NCBI GenBank assembly: GCA_038087875.1
Contig: CM075996.1
Span: 10,294,001 to 10,358,000 of the forward strand
From: Malacoraja senta
Taxonomy: Eukaryota
Reading direction: 5' to 3'
Length of the DNA: 64,000 bases
Every line of letters starts with the position of its first letter. The first letter of the stretch is position 1. A program made the translations under genes and the position numbers. Below are positions 1-13,229 of this stretch, piece by piece. A model generated the notes under the pieces. It did no database searches. It was not told where the DNA came from and saw nothing but the letters and a program-made list of their open reading frames with translations.

Positions 1-212
1 GGAGTATGGAACAAGCTGCCAGAGGATATAGTTGAGGAAGGATTTATCCCAACGTTTAAGAAACAGTTAGACAAGTACATGGATAGGACAGGTTAATAGC
101 GATATGGGCCAAACGCAGGCAGGTGGGACGAGTGCAACTGGGACATGCTGGCCAGTGTTGGCAGGTTGGGCAGAAGGGCCTGTTTCCGCACTGTATCACT
201 CTATGATTCTAT
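1..212 (+). mobile_element. CR1-type LINE 3' end fragment
   Basis: ...WNKLPEDIVE..FKKQLDKYMD-like ORF2 end, followed by the gggcagaagggcctgtttcc...ctctatgattctat tail; near-identical copies at ~6780-7262, 46620-46970 and 56190-56500. Confidence 0.75.
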
Positions 213-439
213 AACCAAGATGTTCTATCTACTACCTGCCTGCATTTCGCCCATATACCTCTGAACTTTTCCAATCCATGTACAAATCCAAATGACTTTT
301 AAATGTTGTTATTGTACCTCAGTTTACAAACAAATGAATATAATATGATGCAGAATGCAGGGTTGTAGAACACACTCTGCTGACTGGGACTAAGAACCCT
401 ATACCCCCTCCCTCGACTCCGTCCAAGGCACCTTAACAG

Positions 440-750
440 TCTTTTCAGGTGAGGCAGAGGTTCACGCACCTCCTCTAACCTCATCTACTGTATCCGCTGT
501 TCCAGGTGTGGACTCCAATATATCGGCAGGACCAAGCGCAGGCTCGGCTATTGTTCCGCTGAACACCTCCGCTCAGTCGGCCTAAACCTACCTGATCTCC
601 CGGTTGCCAAACACTTTTACTCCCCCTCCCATTCCCACACTGATCTTTTCTGACCTGGGCCTCCTCCATTATCAGAGTGAGGCCCAGCGCTAATTGGGGG
701 AACAGCATCTCATATTTCGCTTGAGCAGCTTACACCGCAGCGGTATGATC
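440..750 (+). mobile_element. Penelope-like element, GIY-YIG endonuclease fragment
   Basis: Translates (with frameshifts) as FQVRQRF..SSNLIYCIRCSRCGLQYIGRTKRRL...EHLRSV; same family as 24880-25200. Confidence 0.8.
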
Positions 751-1562
751 AGTGATGGAAATGGGAGGATACGCAGGGATACGGTGTTCCCCTAGATTTC
801 AATTTCCATCTCGGGTTTAATGAGTATTGCAGAAAGATTCTCACTTTATTCAACTCAGACGAAAATGATTTGTTAACTGACACTGTTAGCACTTGTTATC
901 AGCCAGTAGTTAACAGTAGTTATACAATGTGACATCAATACATCGATCCACATTCCTCAGTAAATGTAATTGTGTTTTAACACCGCGTTCCTTTGACTAA
1001 CATTCAAGGGAGAATTTCTTAAACTCACTGTCAGGGCTACCGGACCGCGAGCAAGGGCTCAGGTAAAGTCACATTATTTTATTATTCCACGTTATTTTCC
1101 CTGCCTCCCTGCCTCTCTGCCTCCGTGGCGCTCTCCGCTCTCCCCGCTCTCGAAAACTCAATGATGTATTTTGGGAGATATTTTGGAGTATGGAGATGCA
1201 TAAAATGTGCACATTTAAAAAATCAGGGATGATATACAAACCTTAAAAAGCAAATGATATGCTACATTTTGAAATGGGAAATAATGCTTAAGAAGCTAAT
1301 AGAAAACTTGTATAAATCATACTAGTTAAGAGGGAGAAGTATGAGTCAGAAAACAAGGCTCTAAATTTAAGTAAACTTTGGGACAGTGACGCAGAAGAGT
1401 AGACTATGCAGAGAATTGACAAACAATGTGAAATGTCCCAAGATCTTCTTGGTAATAGACCTGTACATTTTGAATTGAATTGAATTGAAATTATTTGTCA
1501 TTCAAAAATGAATGAAAATAAATGAATGTTATCCCTAACAACTAAGTTCAGGTATACAGTAA

Positions 1563-2255
1563 CATGGATAAGGGAGAGTCAGTGGATGTAGTGTGCCTGG
1601 ACTTTCAGAAAGCCTTTGATAAGGTCCCACATAGGAGATTAGTGGGGAAAATCAGAGCACATGGTATTGGGGTTAGGGTATTGACATGGATAGGAAATTG
1701 GTTGGCAGACAGGAAACAAAGAGTAGGAATTAACAGTTCCCTTTCAGAATGGCAGGTAGTGACTAGTGGGGTGCCTCAAGGCTCAGTGCTGGGACCGCAG
1801 CTATTCACAATATATATTAATGATTTAGATGAAGAAATTAAAAGTAACATTAGCAAATTTGCAGATGACACAACGCTGGATGGCAATGTGAACAGGGTGA
1901 CTTGGATAGGTTGGGTGAGTGGGAGGATGCATGGCAGATGCAGTATAATGTGGATACCTGTGAGGTTATCCACTTTAGTAGCAAGAACAAGATGCAGAAT
2001 ATTGTCTGAATGGCAGGTAGACACAAAATGCTGGAGTAACTCAGGGGGTCAGGCAGCATCTCTGGAGCAAAGGGATGGGTGATGTTTCGGGTCGAGACCC
2101 TTCTTCTGTATGGCGATTAGGAAAAGGGGACGTACAACGAGACCAAGGTGTACCTGTACATCAGTTACTGAAAGTAAGCATGCAAGAAACAGCAGGCAGT
2201 GAAGAAAACTAATGACATGTTGGCCTTCATAATGATAGGATTTGAGTACAGGAGC
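1563..2255 (+). mobile_element. CR1 LINE reverse transcriptase fragment, interrupted by a Penelope 3'-end fragment (~2018-2106, minus strand)
   Basis: ORF 1564-2082: [32 protein letters not shown]. Confidence 0.9.
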
Positions 2256-3777
2256 ACCTTACTCGGTCTGAAGACGGGTCTCGACCGGAAATGTCACCTA
2301 TTCCTTTTGTCCAGAAATGCCACCTGACCCGCTGCTTTTTGTCTCTATCCTTTAATCTCTCAGCTTTGCTTTGGAGTAATGTACTCTTGGCTCGCGTAGA
2401 TCTACCCCGGGTGGAGGGGGAGAGAGGGGTGGAGAGACAGTAGAGGGGTGGAGGGGGAAGAAAGGGGTAGACGGGGAGGGGTGTGTGAGGGGGGATGGAG
2501 AAGGGGGGAGATGGGTCGTTCCCTCACAGTCCAGGGGCAGGGCTCCCGCCCCTCCAGTCGCCGTGCTTCACACACACAGCCCCTGCTCCACCCCTCTCTC
2601 TCCCCGGGGAGACGCGGTGAACAATACAGGAAGGGCTGGACCGGGGGTTGGAGCAACGTTTACAAACCTCGGCCTCAGCTCACACCCAGCCGCCCGGACT
2701 CCGGCATCCGTTCCCGTCGCCTGCCCTCTCCCTCCCTTCTCTTATTCCCTTCCCTCCCTCCCTTCCCTCCCTCCCTTCCCTCCCTTCCCTCCTCTCCTTC
2801 CCTCACTCCTTCCTCTCTCTCTTTTCCCTTCTTTCTCTCCTTCCTTCCCTCCCTTCTTTCTCTCCTTTCCTCCCTCCCTTCTTTCTCTCCCTCCCTCCCT
2901 TCTCTCCCTCCCTTCTCTCCTTTCCTCCCTCCCACACACACACTTAACGCACAGACAACTAACACACACATCACGCACAGACAACTAACATGCACACAAC
3001 TAAGACACACACACAACTAAGTTTAGATGGGGTAGAAACCCAAAGGGTAAGATGGGGCTGAAGCCCAAAATTTAATGCCTGGACTGGTTTTTCACCAATA
3101 GTTATTGGTTTTCCAGGATCTAGTTAATTATTTTTTCATTTCACAGTCACTAAAACAAGTGGTATTGTAACTATGTACTTTTCAGAGGTGATCTACACAT
3201 TTTGTTTGTTACTTGTAGGCTTACATGTATGCAATTTTATATTAAAATGTAGCTTAGATCTGTTTGGTCCATTAACTCGCAGGCACTTATTAAGCGCACA
3301 TTTTGATTACTTTCCATTCTACCATAGAAATATAAAGTCTATAATATATTTTATTTGTATTTCTATGATTCTACAGACCTTGGCTGGGAACCTGGGGCTC
3401 ACCAAAATTGTTCCCAATTGGGAGGTTGCACGGCAGTTCGGTCACGACCCATGACCCGTACTGTTGCTACGCTACTCTAACTGGATTACACGCGATGAAC
3501 TGCAGGTAAGCACTGACCATTGTTTCCAGCGTAGCGGGCCTGTTAAAACCCGCCGAAATGGTCAATTTTTGCCCTGTAAATAATTATGGAAATCGGGATA
3601 AGCGTGAGAGACATTTAGCCCACTTCAGAATTCCAAAAGCGAGGATAAATGACGGTAGATAGAAGCAAGAGCTGAAGGGACAACAACAGCCAAAGTGCTT
3701 GGCGAACATTGGCCATTTGCTCACTGCATTTCATCAACAGTAAGGCATTATTTGTGTTTTTTCTTGATTCCTTTGGC

Positions 3778-3921
3778 ATCTAAAAAGTTTCAGAAGTGAT
3801 AAATCTGGCTGTAAAATTTAAAAATCGCCATTGGTTCTCAAGTGAGTTTTTACATACAAAAATAAAACGCCTCTGAAGCCAAATTTACAGCCAGATTGAT
3901 CACTTCTGAAACTTTTTAGAT
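3778..3921. repeat. 38-bp inverted repeat with a 68-bp spacer
   Basis: atctaaaaagtttcagaagtgataaatctggctgtaaa (3778-3815) matches the reverse complement of 3884-3921 with 1 mismatch. Confidence 0.85.
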
Positions 3922-6764
3922 AGTGAAATTCAATTACGTTTTGCATTTGTTAAACGCTGAATCATTAAAGATAGATGATGAAAGCCGTTTGCATAATTCA
4001 CACTGCGACTTCAGATTCCCAAACAACAAAACTCTCTACGATATTTGTTCACCAGATTGGATGCCTCTGGAGTCTTGGTCGCTGCTGACCTTTACACCCG
4101 GTTTACATCCATCTAAGCTAACGATCCTTCCTTATATGCCCTTCGTTCCCATACATTCCTAGCTTATTCCCTACACACTCCATCTTCCCATCACCTACAC
4201 ATTCCTCCCATTTGGAACTCCCCTCCCACTGTTTCTATCTACCCACCTCACCTCCCTCATTTGGTTCATAAGTTAATAAGTGATAGGAGCAGGATTAGGC
4301 CATTCGGCCGATCAAATCTACACCGTCATTCAATCATGGCTGATCTATCTCTCCCTCCTAACCCCATTCTCCTGACTTCGCCCCTCAACCTCTGACACAT
4401 GCACTAATCAAGAATATATCTATCTCTGTCTTAAATATATCCATTGACATCCTCCACAGCCTTCTGTGACAATGAATTCTACAGATTCACCACCATCTGA
4501 GTAAAGAAATTCTTCCTCATCTCCTTCCTAAAATAACTTTAATTCTGAGGCTTTGCCTTCTGGTTCTATTCTCTCCCACTAGTGGAAACATCCTCTCCAC
4601 ATCCACACCATCCAGGCCTTTCACTATTCGATAAATTTCAATGAGGTCCCTCCCTCATCCTTCTAAATTTCTGGATTTGGTCCCATACTCCACCTTCTTT
4701 GCCCATCTTCTTTAGTCAGAGGGTGGTGAATCTGTGGAATTCTTTGCCACAGAAGGCTGTGGAGGCCAAGTCTCGATATTTTTAAGGCAGAAATAAATAT
4801 ATTCTTGATTGGTACGGGTGTCAGTGGATATGGGGAGAAGGCAGAAGAATGCGGTTGGGAGGGAGGGATAGATCAGCCATGATTAAATGGCGGACTAGAT
4901 GATGGGCTGAATGACCTTTTTCTACTCCTATTGCTATGACCTAATGACCTTATGAGATCCCATCATCTGCAGCCCCTGGTTACCTCCAATAATCACGTCC
5001 CAGCCTGGTCGCTATCTCCACCCCTCTTTACCCCAGCTGACTCCATGCACAGTTCCACCCTTCATTGTCTGGAGCCACCTGCCACTTTTGCCCCCACAAC
5101 TCTCACCCTTATTCACTGGCTTCCTTCCGTATTTCTTTAAGAATAAGGGAAAAGCAATTTAGCACTGAGATGAGGAAAATCTTTTTCACCCAGAAAGTTA
5201 TGAATCTGTAGAATTCTCTGCCATGGAATGCAGTGGAGGCCAATTCACAGGATGTTTTCAAGAGAGAGTTAGATACAGCGCTTAGGGCTAACGCGATCAA
5301 GGGATATGGGGAGAAAGCAGGAACGGGGAACTGATTCTAAATGATCTGGCTGGCTCGAAGGGCCGAATGGCCTACTCCTGCACCTATTTTCCATGTTTCT
5401 ATTTTACCCTCTGCAATTCCGGTCCGGATACAGGGTCTTGACTTAAAACATCAGCTGTCCATTCCCCTCCTCAGGTGCTGCATGTGCTGCTAAGTTGCTC
5501 CAGCAGTTTGTTTCTCTTCCACATTCCAGCATCTGAAGTAGTGTCTCAACCCAAAACATCGCCCATTCCTTCGCTCCGGAGGTGCTGCCTGTCCTGCTGA
5601 GTTACTCCAGGATTTAGAGTCCATTTCCTGCATTGGCAACATTTTGAACCTCCATTCTCTCCCTTGAACATTAGATCACCCTCCGTCCCTGACCCAATGA
5701 CTCCCAGTGTGAACCCCAATCTCAGTGGAACTCCTTTTCCAGAACAAATTCCCATTTTAATCAGATGAATGTCGAATACGTACGATGAATCTAGGACTCT
5801 AAGACTGTAGGTAGGAACATGGCAGGAGGGAGTTATGGAATGAAAATATTAGGTCATCTGCTCAATAGAAAAGATTGAAGGCCAAATCATCTTTGAACTG
5901 AAGGAGAATGGGGTTGAGACGGAGAGATAGATCAGCCATGACTGAATGGCGGAGTAGACTTGATGGGTCGAATGGCCTAATTCTGCTCCGAGATCTTATG
6001 AACATGACCTGTTTAGAAACCAAAATATGTCGGTGTTGAGTTCTGTTCAGAGTGTTTCTCTGGATCATTGGAGGTTGAGGGGAGACCTGATAGAAGTATA
6101 TAAAATTATCAGAGGCAGAGATAGGATGGAGAGTCACCCTTTATCCCAGGGTTGAAATGTCAAAGACTAGAGGGCATAGTTTCAGTGTGAGAGGGGCAAA
6201 GAGGGTGGTGAATCTGTGGAATTCATTGCCACAAAGAGCTGTGGAGGCCAAGTCATCGGGTATTTTTAAGGTGGAGAATGACAGATTCATGATTAGTACG
6301 GGGGTCAGGGGTTATGGAGAGAAGGCAGGAGAATGGAGTTGAGATGTAAAGACAGATCAGCCATGATTGAATGGCGGAGTAGACTTGATGGGCCGAATGG
6401 CCTAATTCTGTTCCTGTGACTTATGAACTGCCTGTCCCGCTGAGTTACTCCAATCAATATGATGGAGTCTGGTTATATTTGTGCAGTTAATTTTATTGAC
6501 TACTTTATTTCTCACCAAGGATGGAGGGAGAGTGAAATGTCAAGTACTGCATCTCAGTTGCCTACAGCTCCACAGCTTTCCCCCACCCCCCACTGTAATT
6601 AATCTTTAATTAAAACAAAAACTTTACATGCAGTCATTGTAATCAGGACAAGCCTTTTTCTTTTATTGCACCAGCAGGTGAATAAGTGTTCGACAAGCTG
6701 TTACAAAGCCCCCAGACCATCATCATCTATCACCCGAGATTGAGCTGACCATGAGGCCAGGTCA

Positions 6765-7262
6765 CAGGGGAATGTTGCCAGGACTAGAGGGTCTGAGCCA
6801 GGACTAGAGGGTGTGAGCTGCAGGAAAAGTTTGAGTAGGCTGGGTCTCTATTCCTTGGAGCGCAGGAGGATGCGAGGTGATCTTATAGAGGTGTATAAAA
6901 TCATGAGAGGAATAGATTGGGTAAATGCACAGAGTCTTGTGCCCAGAGTAGGGGAAGCGAGGACCAAAGGACATAAGTTTGAGGTGAAGGGGAAAAGAGT
7001 TAATAGGAATCTGAGGGGCACAGTTTTCCACACAAAGGGTGGTGGGTGTAGGGACAAGCTGCCAGAGGAGGTAGTTGCGGCTGGGAGTGGCACTATTCCA
7101 GCGTTTAAGAAACAGTTAGACAGGTACATAGATAGGACAAGTTTGGAAAGGAATAGACCAAGAGCATACAGGTGGGACTAGTGTAGCTGAAACATATTGG
7201 CCGGTGTGGGCAAGTTGGGCCGAACGGCTTGTTTACACACTGTATCACTCTACGACTCTATG
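6765..7262 (+). mobile_element. CR1 LINE 3' fragment
   Basis: ORF 6813-7181 LGLYSLERRRMRGDLIEVYKIMRG...FKKQLDRY plus the CR1 3' tail. Confidence 0.85.
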
Positions 7263-7965
7263 ACACACATGGTCCTCCCACTACAGAGACTTTATTTAGT
7301 TTAGTTTAGTTTCGAGATACTGCGTGGAAACAGGCCCTTACTCCCACCGAGTCCGCGCCGACCATGAGGCCAGAACGATAACTGCAAACGGATGAACAGA
7401 TGCAGGAACAGTTATTGTTGCCAGGTTACATACGGAGATGGCAACTTGTGCAACGAGCAAGTAAATAAATAACATGATACAAACAAAATTTCGGACTAAC
7501 TCAGCGGGACAGGCAGTATCTATGAAGAGAAGGAATGGGTGACGTTTTGGTTCGAGACCCTTCTTCAGACTGATGTCAGGGGAGATGGAGATACATAGAT
7601 AAAGAAGTGTAAAGTATGATAATAGGACAAGGGGAATGGAGATCAAGGAAAATGTAGAATAGATCATTGTGAGCTGGAAGAAGATAAATAGCAACCCATT
7701 CATGGCAACAGTGAACCCTACACTCGCCCGGCCTCCCCTTGTGCATTAGTGACAATAAAATCTCTCTAGAATCTTGATTGTATTTCCTCATGAAGTAGAA
7801 GGGGAGGCCTTTCGACCCATCGAGCCTATACTGGCTCACAGGGCAGTCTCAATTTTCTCATTGCCTTGCATAGTTCTGTAATCAATTCTCTCTCATATGC
7901 CCTTAACTTCCTCTTGCCTGTGACTTACCAACAGAGTAGGCAATGAACCTATCTATTAATTTAAA

Positions 7966-8053
7966 GGGGCGGCACGGTGGCGCAGCGGTAGAGTAGCAGC
8001 CTCTCAGTGCCAGGGACCAGGGATCGATCTTGATTATGGCTGCTGTCTGCACA
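7966..8053 (+). mobile_element. 5' part of a tRNA-derived V-SINE (HE1-like), split by the ERV
   Basis: ggcggcacggtggcgcagcggtagag (A box) ... gggatcgatc (B box) ... tgctgtctgcaca; the sequence resumes at 17481-17705. Confidence 0.9.
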
Positions 8054-8821
8054 TGAAAAAGGTTACTTATTATACCAACTAAACAGGTTTGCTTCTTAAT
8101 AAACAGACAAACACAAACGTTTGGTAGACCAGTTCAAAACTTTACTTATTATCGGCCGATGGAAGGAAGCGAGGACTCTAGTGACGTGAGCAATGCAGAT
8201 ACTTCACTGTCCTCATCCACTTCTACAAACAACAGAATTACATCGTATTATATAGTGTTTCTTTGTCACCTTAGCACATTCCACAAACATTAGTCATGGT
8301 CAGAGATACAGAGATACAGAGAACAATACTACAGGATGAGCCTGAGTGGTCTTGTCACATCAAAGGCATCTTGTCATATGGTACAAGGACATTTCATCTC
8401 AAAGGCCTCGTACATTTGTTATTGCCCCTTAATGAATCTAGGTTCCTCTCTCATCACTTCCTCCCTCATAAACATCGGACATTTGGTACAAGGCATGTTA
8501 CATATCAAATACCTCAGCCATTTGTCAAAATCCCTTGGATCAAACTAGTTCACTCTCTCGTCACCTCCTCCCGCATAAACATTGGACATTGGTACAAGGC
8601 ATTTACATATCAAATAACCCAGCCATTTGTCAAAATCCCTTAGATCAAACTAGTTCCCTCTCTCGTCACCTCCTCCCTCATAAACATCGGACATTGGTAC
8701 AAGGCATTTACATATCAAATAGATCAAACTTTCTTCTCTGCTTCCTCTCTCGTCACTTGGGAGCTAGCCCAGGAACCAATTTAATATCGTCTTATATTTT
8801 TAACTTAATTCAGCCTTATCA
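8054..8821 (-). repeat. ERV 3' LTR (768 bp)
   Basis: Minus strand starts TGATAAGG and ends CCTTTTTCA; TATATAA at 8248-8254; AGTAAA poly(A)-like signal at 8141-8146; three ~106-bp U3 repeats at ~8438-8730. Confidence 0.95.
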
Positions 8822-8833
8822 TTCCATCCTTTT
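8822..8833 (-). promoter_or_regulatory. Polypurine tract (PPT)
   Basis: AAAAGGATGGAA on the minus strand directly precedes the 3' LTR TG. Confidence 0.85.
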
Positions 8834-8852
8834 ATCAAAATTTTGATAACAA

Positions 8853-10079
8853 CTACAGTCCTTGCCTAGTATATACGAAAGACCATAAGCATCTCATCAA
8901 ACAAATTAATAGTACAACTAGTAATACAATCAATCCATAGTGGACAATCGTTCCCCAAGTCCCTCCAAACATATTAAATGGCCACCAACCTCCCCTGGAG
9001 CTATAATCATGGAATTCAGCTCCTACCTTCCTTATTTTAGCTACTTCCATTCTGATATGGGCAGCCAAGTTGGTAATGTTGGAGGAAGCATCGGGAATAA
9101 AAGTGCAACATTCTCGACCTATTATTGCACATGTCCCTCCTTTTTCTGCTAGGATAAAATCTAAGGCCATTCTGTTTTGTAATACTACAGTCCTCATAGC
9201 TACCATCTCAGCTGTCACCCCTTCTACCTCCCCCTGGCTTGCACTCAAGGAGATGGCAGTGGCATTAGCAAGTGTCTCTAAAGCGGAGGCCATAGTAATT
9301 AGTTCTCGTCACACTATTATACTACCATAGGATGGGAAGAGGATCATAAAAAATAGCTCAGCCTTCGTTAGGCTTCGCTTGGAAATCCCCATGTGCTGGT
9401 GCAACTGGCTCATGCTTCTCATATGTGGGACCACATATGCAACATAACAACACCCTGTCCAGTGATGGGGTCCTTTTAGTCGTTCCCAAGTTGCCCTGTC
9501 TGCCGGCGGCATTCCTGGTAACCATGGGTAGGCCCAGGATCCACATACAAAATATGTGCCATTAACTGGTCGGGGTGGGCCGATAATGGTGGCTGCCTGA
9601 GTTGACATACAAGTACTGTTTCCCAAGAATACACCTGTGCCTTGGTGGTGGCAAAAACAGGTAGTATTAACTGGCCTGTGCGGATCTCTTACTATCTGTA
9701 GTCGGGGTATATCTGCTGCATTTGTCACGTTCAATTTCCAATCTCGTTTAAAGGGAGAGGTGTACCATCCTTCAAAGTTATTGTATTTCGGCCCTCCATA
9801 GGTGATGTTTATTGTTTTGTTTTTGGTATTTGTTATCCGTATCATTTTTAGACAGGACGTTTTTTTAGTGGAGTTACAGAAGCACCTCATCGCTAGTCTC
9901 TTGGTAAGGTTTAATGGAATGGGGACCAAGGGAATTCATTCCTTACTGCTAGTCGGAACACCGGTGCATACCCAACATTCAGTCCCATGTGCCCGTACGG
10001 CAAACTCATGGCTCATAGCCAGATAGGTATTAGTCCATGTTACACTGGCCATGGATAGGACCGTCAGTAAAGTGAGCAT
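8853..10079 (-). pseudogene. env: ERV env, gamma-type, ~408 codons, one reading frame with 2 premature TGA stops (9936-9938, 9309-9311)
   Basis: Signal peptide MLTLLTVLSMASVTW; SU CWVC (CXXC); furin-like ISKR; ISD LQNRMALDFILAEKGG; CX6CC (CAIIGRECC); TM helix IVHYGLIVLLVVLLICLM. Confidence 0.95.
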
Positions 10080-11190
10080 CACTCATGCCATCTTTGTATC
10101 CAATCTTTTTGTAGTCTGAGCGATGTATCCAACGTGGATGGTTTTCAACCTTCACTGCTGTTGGTGTAGTCAGCAACACCTGGTATGGTCCATTCCAACA
10201 GGGGTCGAGTTTCTTGTGGTCCCAATATCTGATAAGTACGTAGTCCCCTGGTTGGACTATTTTGCGCTGGTCAGCATCAGGTAGCTGCCTCTAGGACTCC
10301 TTTACCTGTAAATGCAATGCTGACAGAATATGGGTGAGTCGTTGAACATAGGTAATTATTTCATCGTTTAATGCGTGTAAATCTAAGGTTCCTTCATGAG
10401 TAATGCTTGCTCCCCAGGGGGTTCGTAGAGGTTTACCGTAGATAATTTCGGCTGGGGATAACTTTGTAACACTGTGGGGAGTTACCCTCATTTCAAATAA
10501 TGCTAAGGGTAATACTTTAATCCGTGTCTGTCACATTTCTCCCATCAGCTTGGTAATTTAGTTTTTCAATGCCCCATTGGCTCTTTCCACCATACCGGAT
10601 GCCTGTGGGTACACAGTGAAATTGCTGCCGGATCTTAAAATGTGCACATAGTTCCTTATTAATAGTGGCAATAAAATGGGGACCATTGTCCGAGCTTATG
10701 ACAGTAGGTAGGCCAAACCTGGGAATAACGTCTCTTAACAACAATGTTACTGTAGTCTCAGCAGTATTATTAGTGGTTGGTAGAGCTTCAATCCACCTGC
10801 TAAATAAATCTAAAATTACTAAGCAATATTTATAACACTGGGCCCTTGGCATTTCAATAAAATCAATCTGTATGCATTCAAACGGTCGTGATGGCATTGG
10901 CGTCACCCCTGAGGGTATCTTAATTGGTTTGCCTGGATTACTTCGTTGGCAAATTTTACATTCAGAGGCCTGCTTTAGTGCCTCTTGCCGACTTTTCGGG
11001 TGCCACCACGTTTCCTTTGTCATTCTTATCATTCCCTCCTTACCAGCATGGGTAAGAGAGTGAATATATGTTAGTAAGACAGGTAAAAATGCGTCAGATA
11101 CACAAACTTGCCCAAGCAGGGTAAGCCAAAGACCTGTGGTGGAGTCAATGGCACAGCCCTCTTGTTTCCATAGTTGTTTTTGGTTATCAG
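10030..11190 (-). pseudogene. pol: ERV integrase (frameshifted)
   Basis: HHCC zinc finger (IHSLTH...CKIC); IQIDFIEMP; SSDNGPHF; (P)QASGMVERANG; C-terminal WNGPYQVLLTTPTAVKV...WIH; stop at 10030-10032. Confidence 0.93.
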
Positions 11191-11744
11191 AGGCATCCCT
11201 CTGTAATGTACATACCTGGCAGGACCGTTCTATTTGCTAGTATCTGTTTACCAGATGTCGCCACGCATTTGGATTTACAGGCTGCTTGTTTGGATACACT
11301 ATCGGCAAACTCATTGCCTTTTGTTATAGGGTCCCCAGCACCAGTGTGTGCAGCACATTTAATAATGGCCAGCTGTTCTGGTAGCATCAATGCCTTAAGC
11401 AAATTACGCACAAAGAGGGCATTCTTAATTGGTGTTCCTGCCGAGGTCAGGAATCCTCTGTGTTGCCAGAGAGTGCCAAAGTCATGAGCAACGCCGAAGG
11501 CGTATCGGGAATCAGTATAGATGTTAATTTGTTTGTCCGTTGCTAATATGCAGGCTCTAGTTAAGGCAAATAGTTCTGCCTGTTGTGCTGATAATGGAAT
11601 CTGAAACCTTCCTTCTTCCAAAATCATCTGTGACCCATTTACTATTGCATAGCCGGAAGCTCGCTGTCCTGTTTCAGGGATAATCACAGAGGAGCCATCG
11701 ACAAACCATGATGGTATGTTGCCTTCCAATGGTACATCAGACAA
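11187..11744 (-). pseudogene. pol: ERV RNase H domain
   Basis: WFVDGSS, SAQQAELFAL, NIYTDSRYAFGVAH, IIKCAAH, GNEFAD. Confidence 0.95.
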
Positions 11745-13210
11745 TCCTTCCCGTTTTTGTCAATAAGTCATTGGCCATCTCACAATTGTGGGGTGGCTCT
11801 GTGCAAGGCTCAGGTGGCTCTGTCAAAAAGGCAGACGGATTTATTGTAGAACAATGCTGAAAGGTCAAATTTGGATTATTCAACAATGTCAGTTCATAGC
11901 GGCCCAGGCGTGCCTGGTTGAGGTATTTCGTTTGGCTCGCATTCATTAATGCGGCGACACAATGAGTCGTAAATATGATCACCGGTTGATGCAAAGTTAT
12001 GTTTGCGGCGGCCGAGACAGCGGCATGTATACCAGGCAAAATCTGGGTGCAAGGCGAACTGAGATGTAAGCTACTGGTCGTTTAACATCCCCATGTTTTT
12101 GTGTCAGTACGGCTGATACATAGTCTTGAATTATTGTTACATATAGCTGAAACGATCTGTCATACAGTGGTCTGCCGATGGCTGGGGCGGAGGCTTTTAA
12201 GCGACTTTGAGTCCTGAAAAGCGCTATATAAATAAAATCTATTATTATTATTATTAATGCATCTTTTAACGCTATAAAGGCCTCAGTCTGTTTTTCATCG
12301 AGGGAAAAATGTCGTTCGGCATTTGCAGAAGCCAGTGGTGATAGATGCTTCATATAAAGTACAACATTGGGAATCCACTGACGGCAAAAGTTCACTAACC
12401 CCAAGAAGGCTCTCATTTGTTTGGGGGTTTCTGGTTTTGGGTATCGAATAATAGGGTCCACTCTTCCTGGAGTAAGTGCTCTTTCAGTGGCACTAATCTT
12501 AACTCACAGAAATTTAACCTCCTTCTTGCCCTCTTTAACTTACCTCTGAGGGATCACATACCCCCAAGCATGTAAGGCTTCTAATAACTTTGCAGTGTCA
12601 ATAATGTTGCTGGCCTCAACAGAGCTGGCAAGAAGTAAATCATCAACATACTGAATTACAGTGGAGCCTTGTGCGAGGGTTAATGTCTTTAACTGGTCTG
12701 CTAGTACTTGGAAAACATAGTGGGCGAATGTACAAATCCTTACGGTAGGCGTGTCCATGTGTATTGTTGTCCTTCGTATGTAAAGGTGAAAAGGTATTGG
12801 CAATCGGGATGCAGTGGGACTGCAAAGAATGCGTGTTGTAGGTCAATAACTGTGAAGATGGTCGCAGAGGCGGGAACCTGGCTCAGGATAGTTGCGGGGT
12901 TAGGTACGATGGCGTGCATAGGCGTAACGATCTCATTAATTGCACGGAGGTCTTGTACTAGCCTCCACTCTGAGCGTCCGGGCTTGGGTACCGGGAAGAT
13001 CGGGGTGTTACATGGTGAGTGACACTGCACCAATATACACTGGTGAAAAAGAGACTGCACCAGCTGTTGTATTCCTGCCACTGCTTCTGGTTTTAATGGA
13101 TATTGGGGGACCGCAGGGAGGCGGATATCCGGCTTAAGCGTGATCATTATAGGAGCACAATAAGTCAGTCCTACCTCATGCGGTGATGTCGCCCAAATCT
13201 GATGTTTGTC
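11745..13210 (-). pseudogene. pol: ERV reverse transcriptase plus connection domain (stops and frameshifts)
   Basis: QYPLKPEA, SPCNTPIFPVPKP, WRLVQDLRAIN, IDLQHAFF, TRLP*GF, YVDD at 12639-12650, RAFLGLVNFCRQWIP. Confidence 0.95.
12195..12254 (+). mobile_element. Short retroposon 3'-tail insertion inside pol
   Basis: gcgactttgagtcctgaaaagcgctatataaataaaatc(tat)n interrupts LKDAL|ASAPA. Confidence 0.75.
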
Positions 13211-13229
13211 TATGTCATTTGTTGTTGGC

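Noticed and set aside
8296..8846. Antisense ORFs in the LTRs
   Set aside because: They translate the U3 tandem repeats, and their frames are not conserved between the two LTRs
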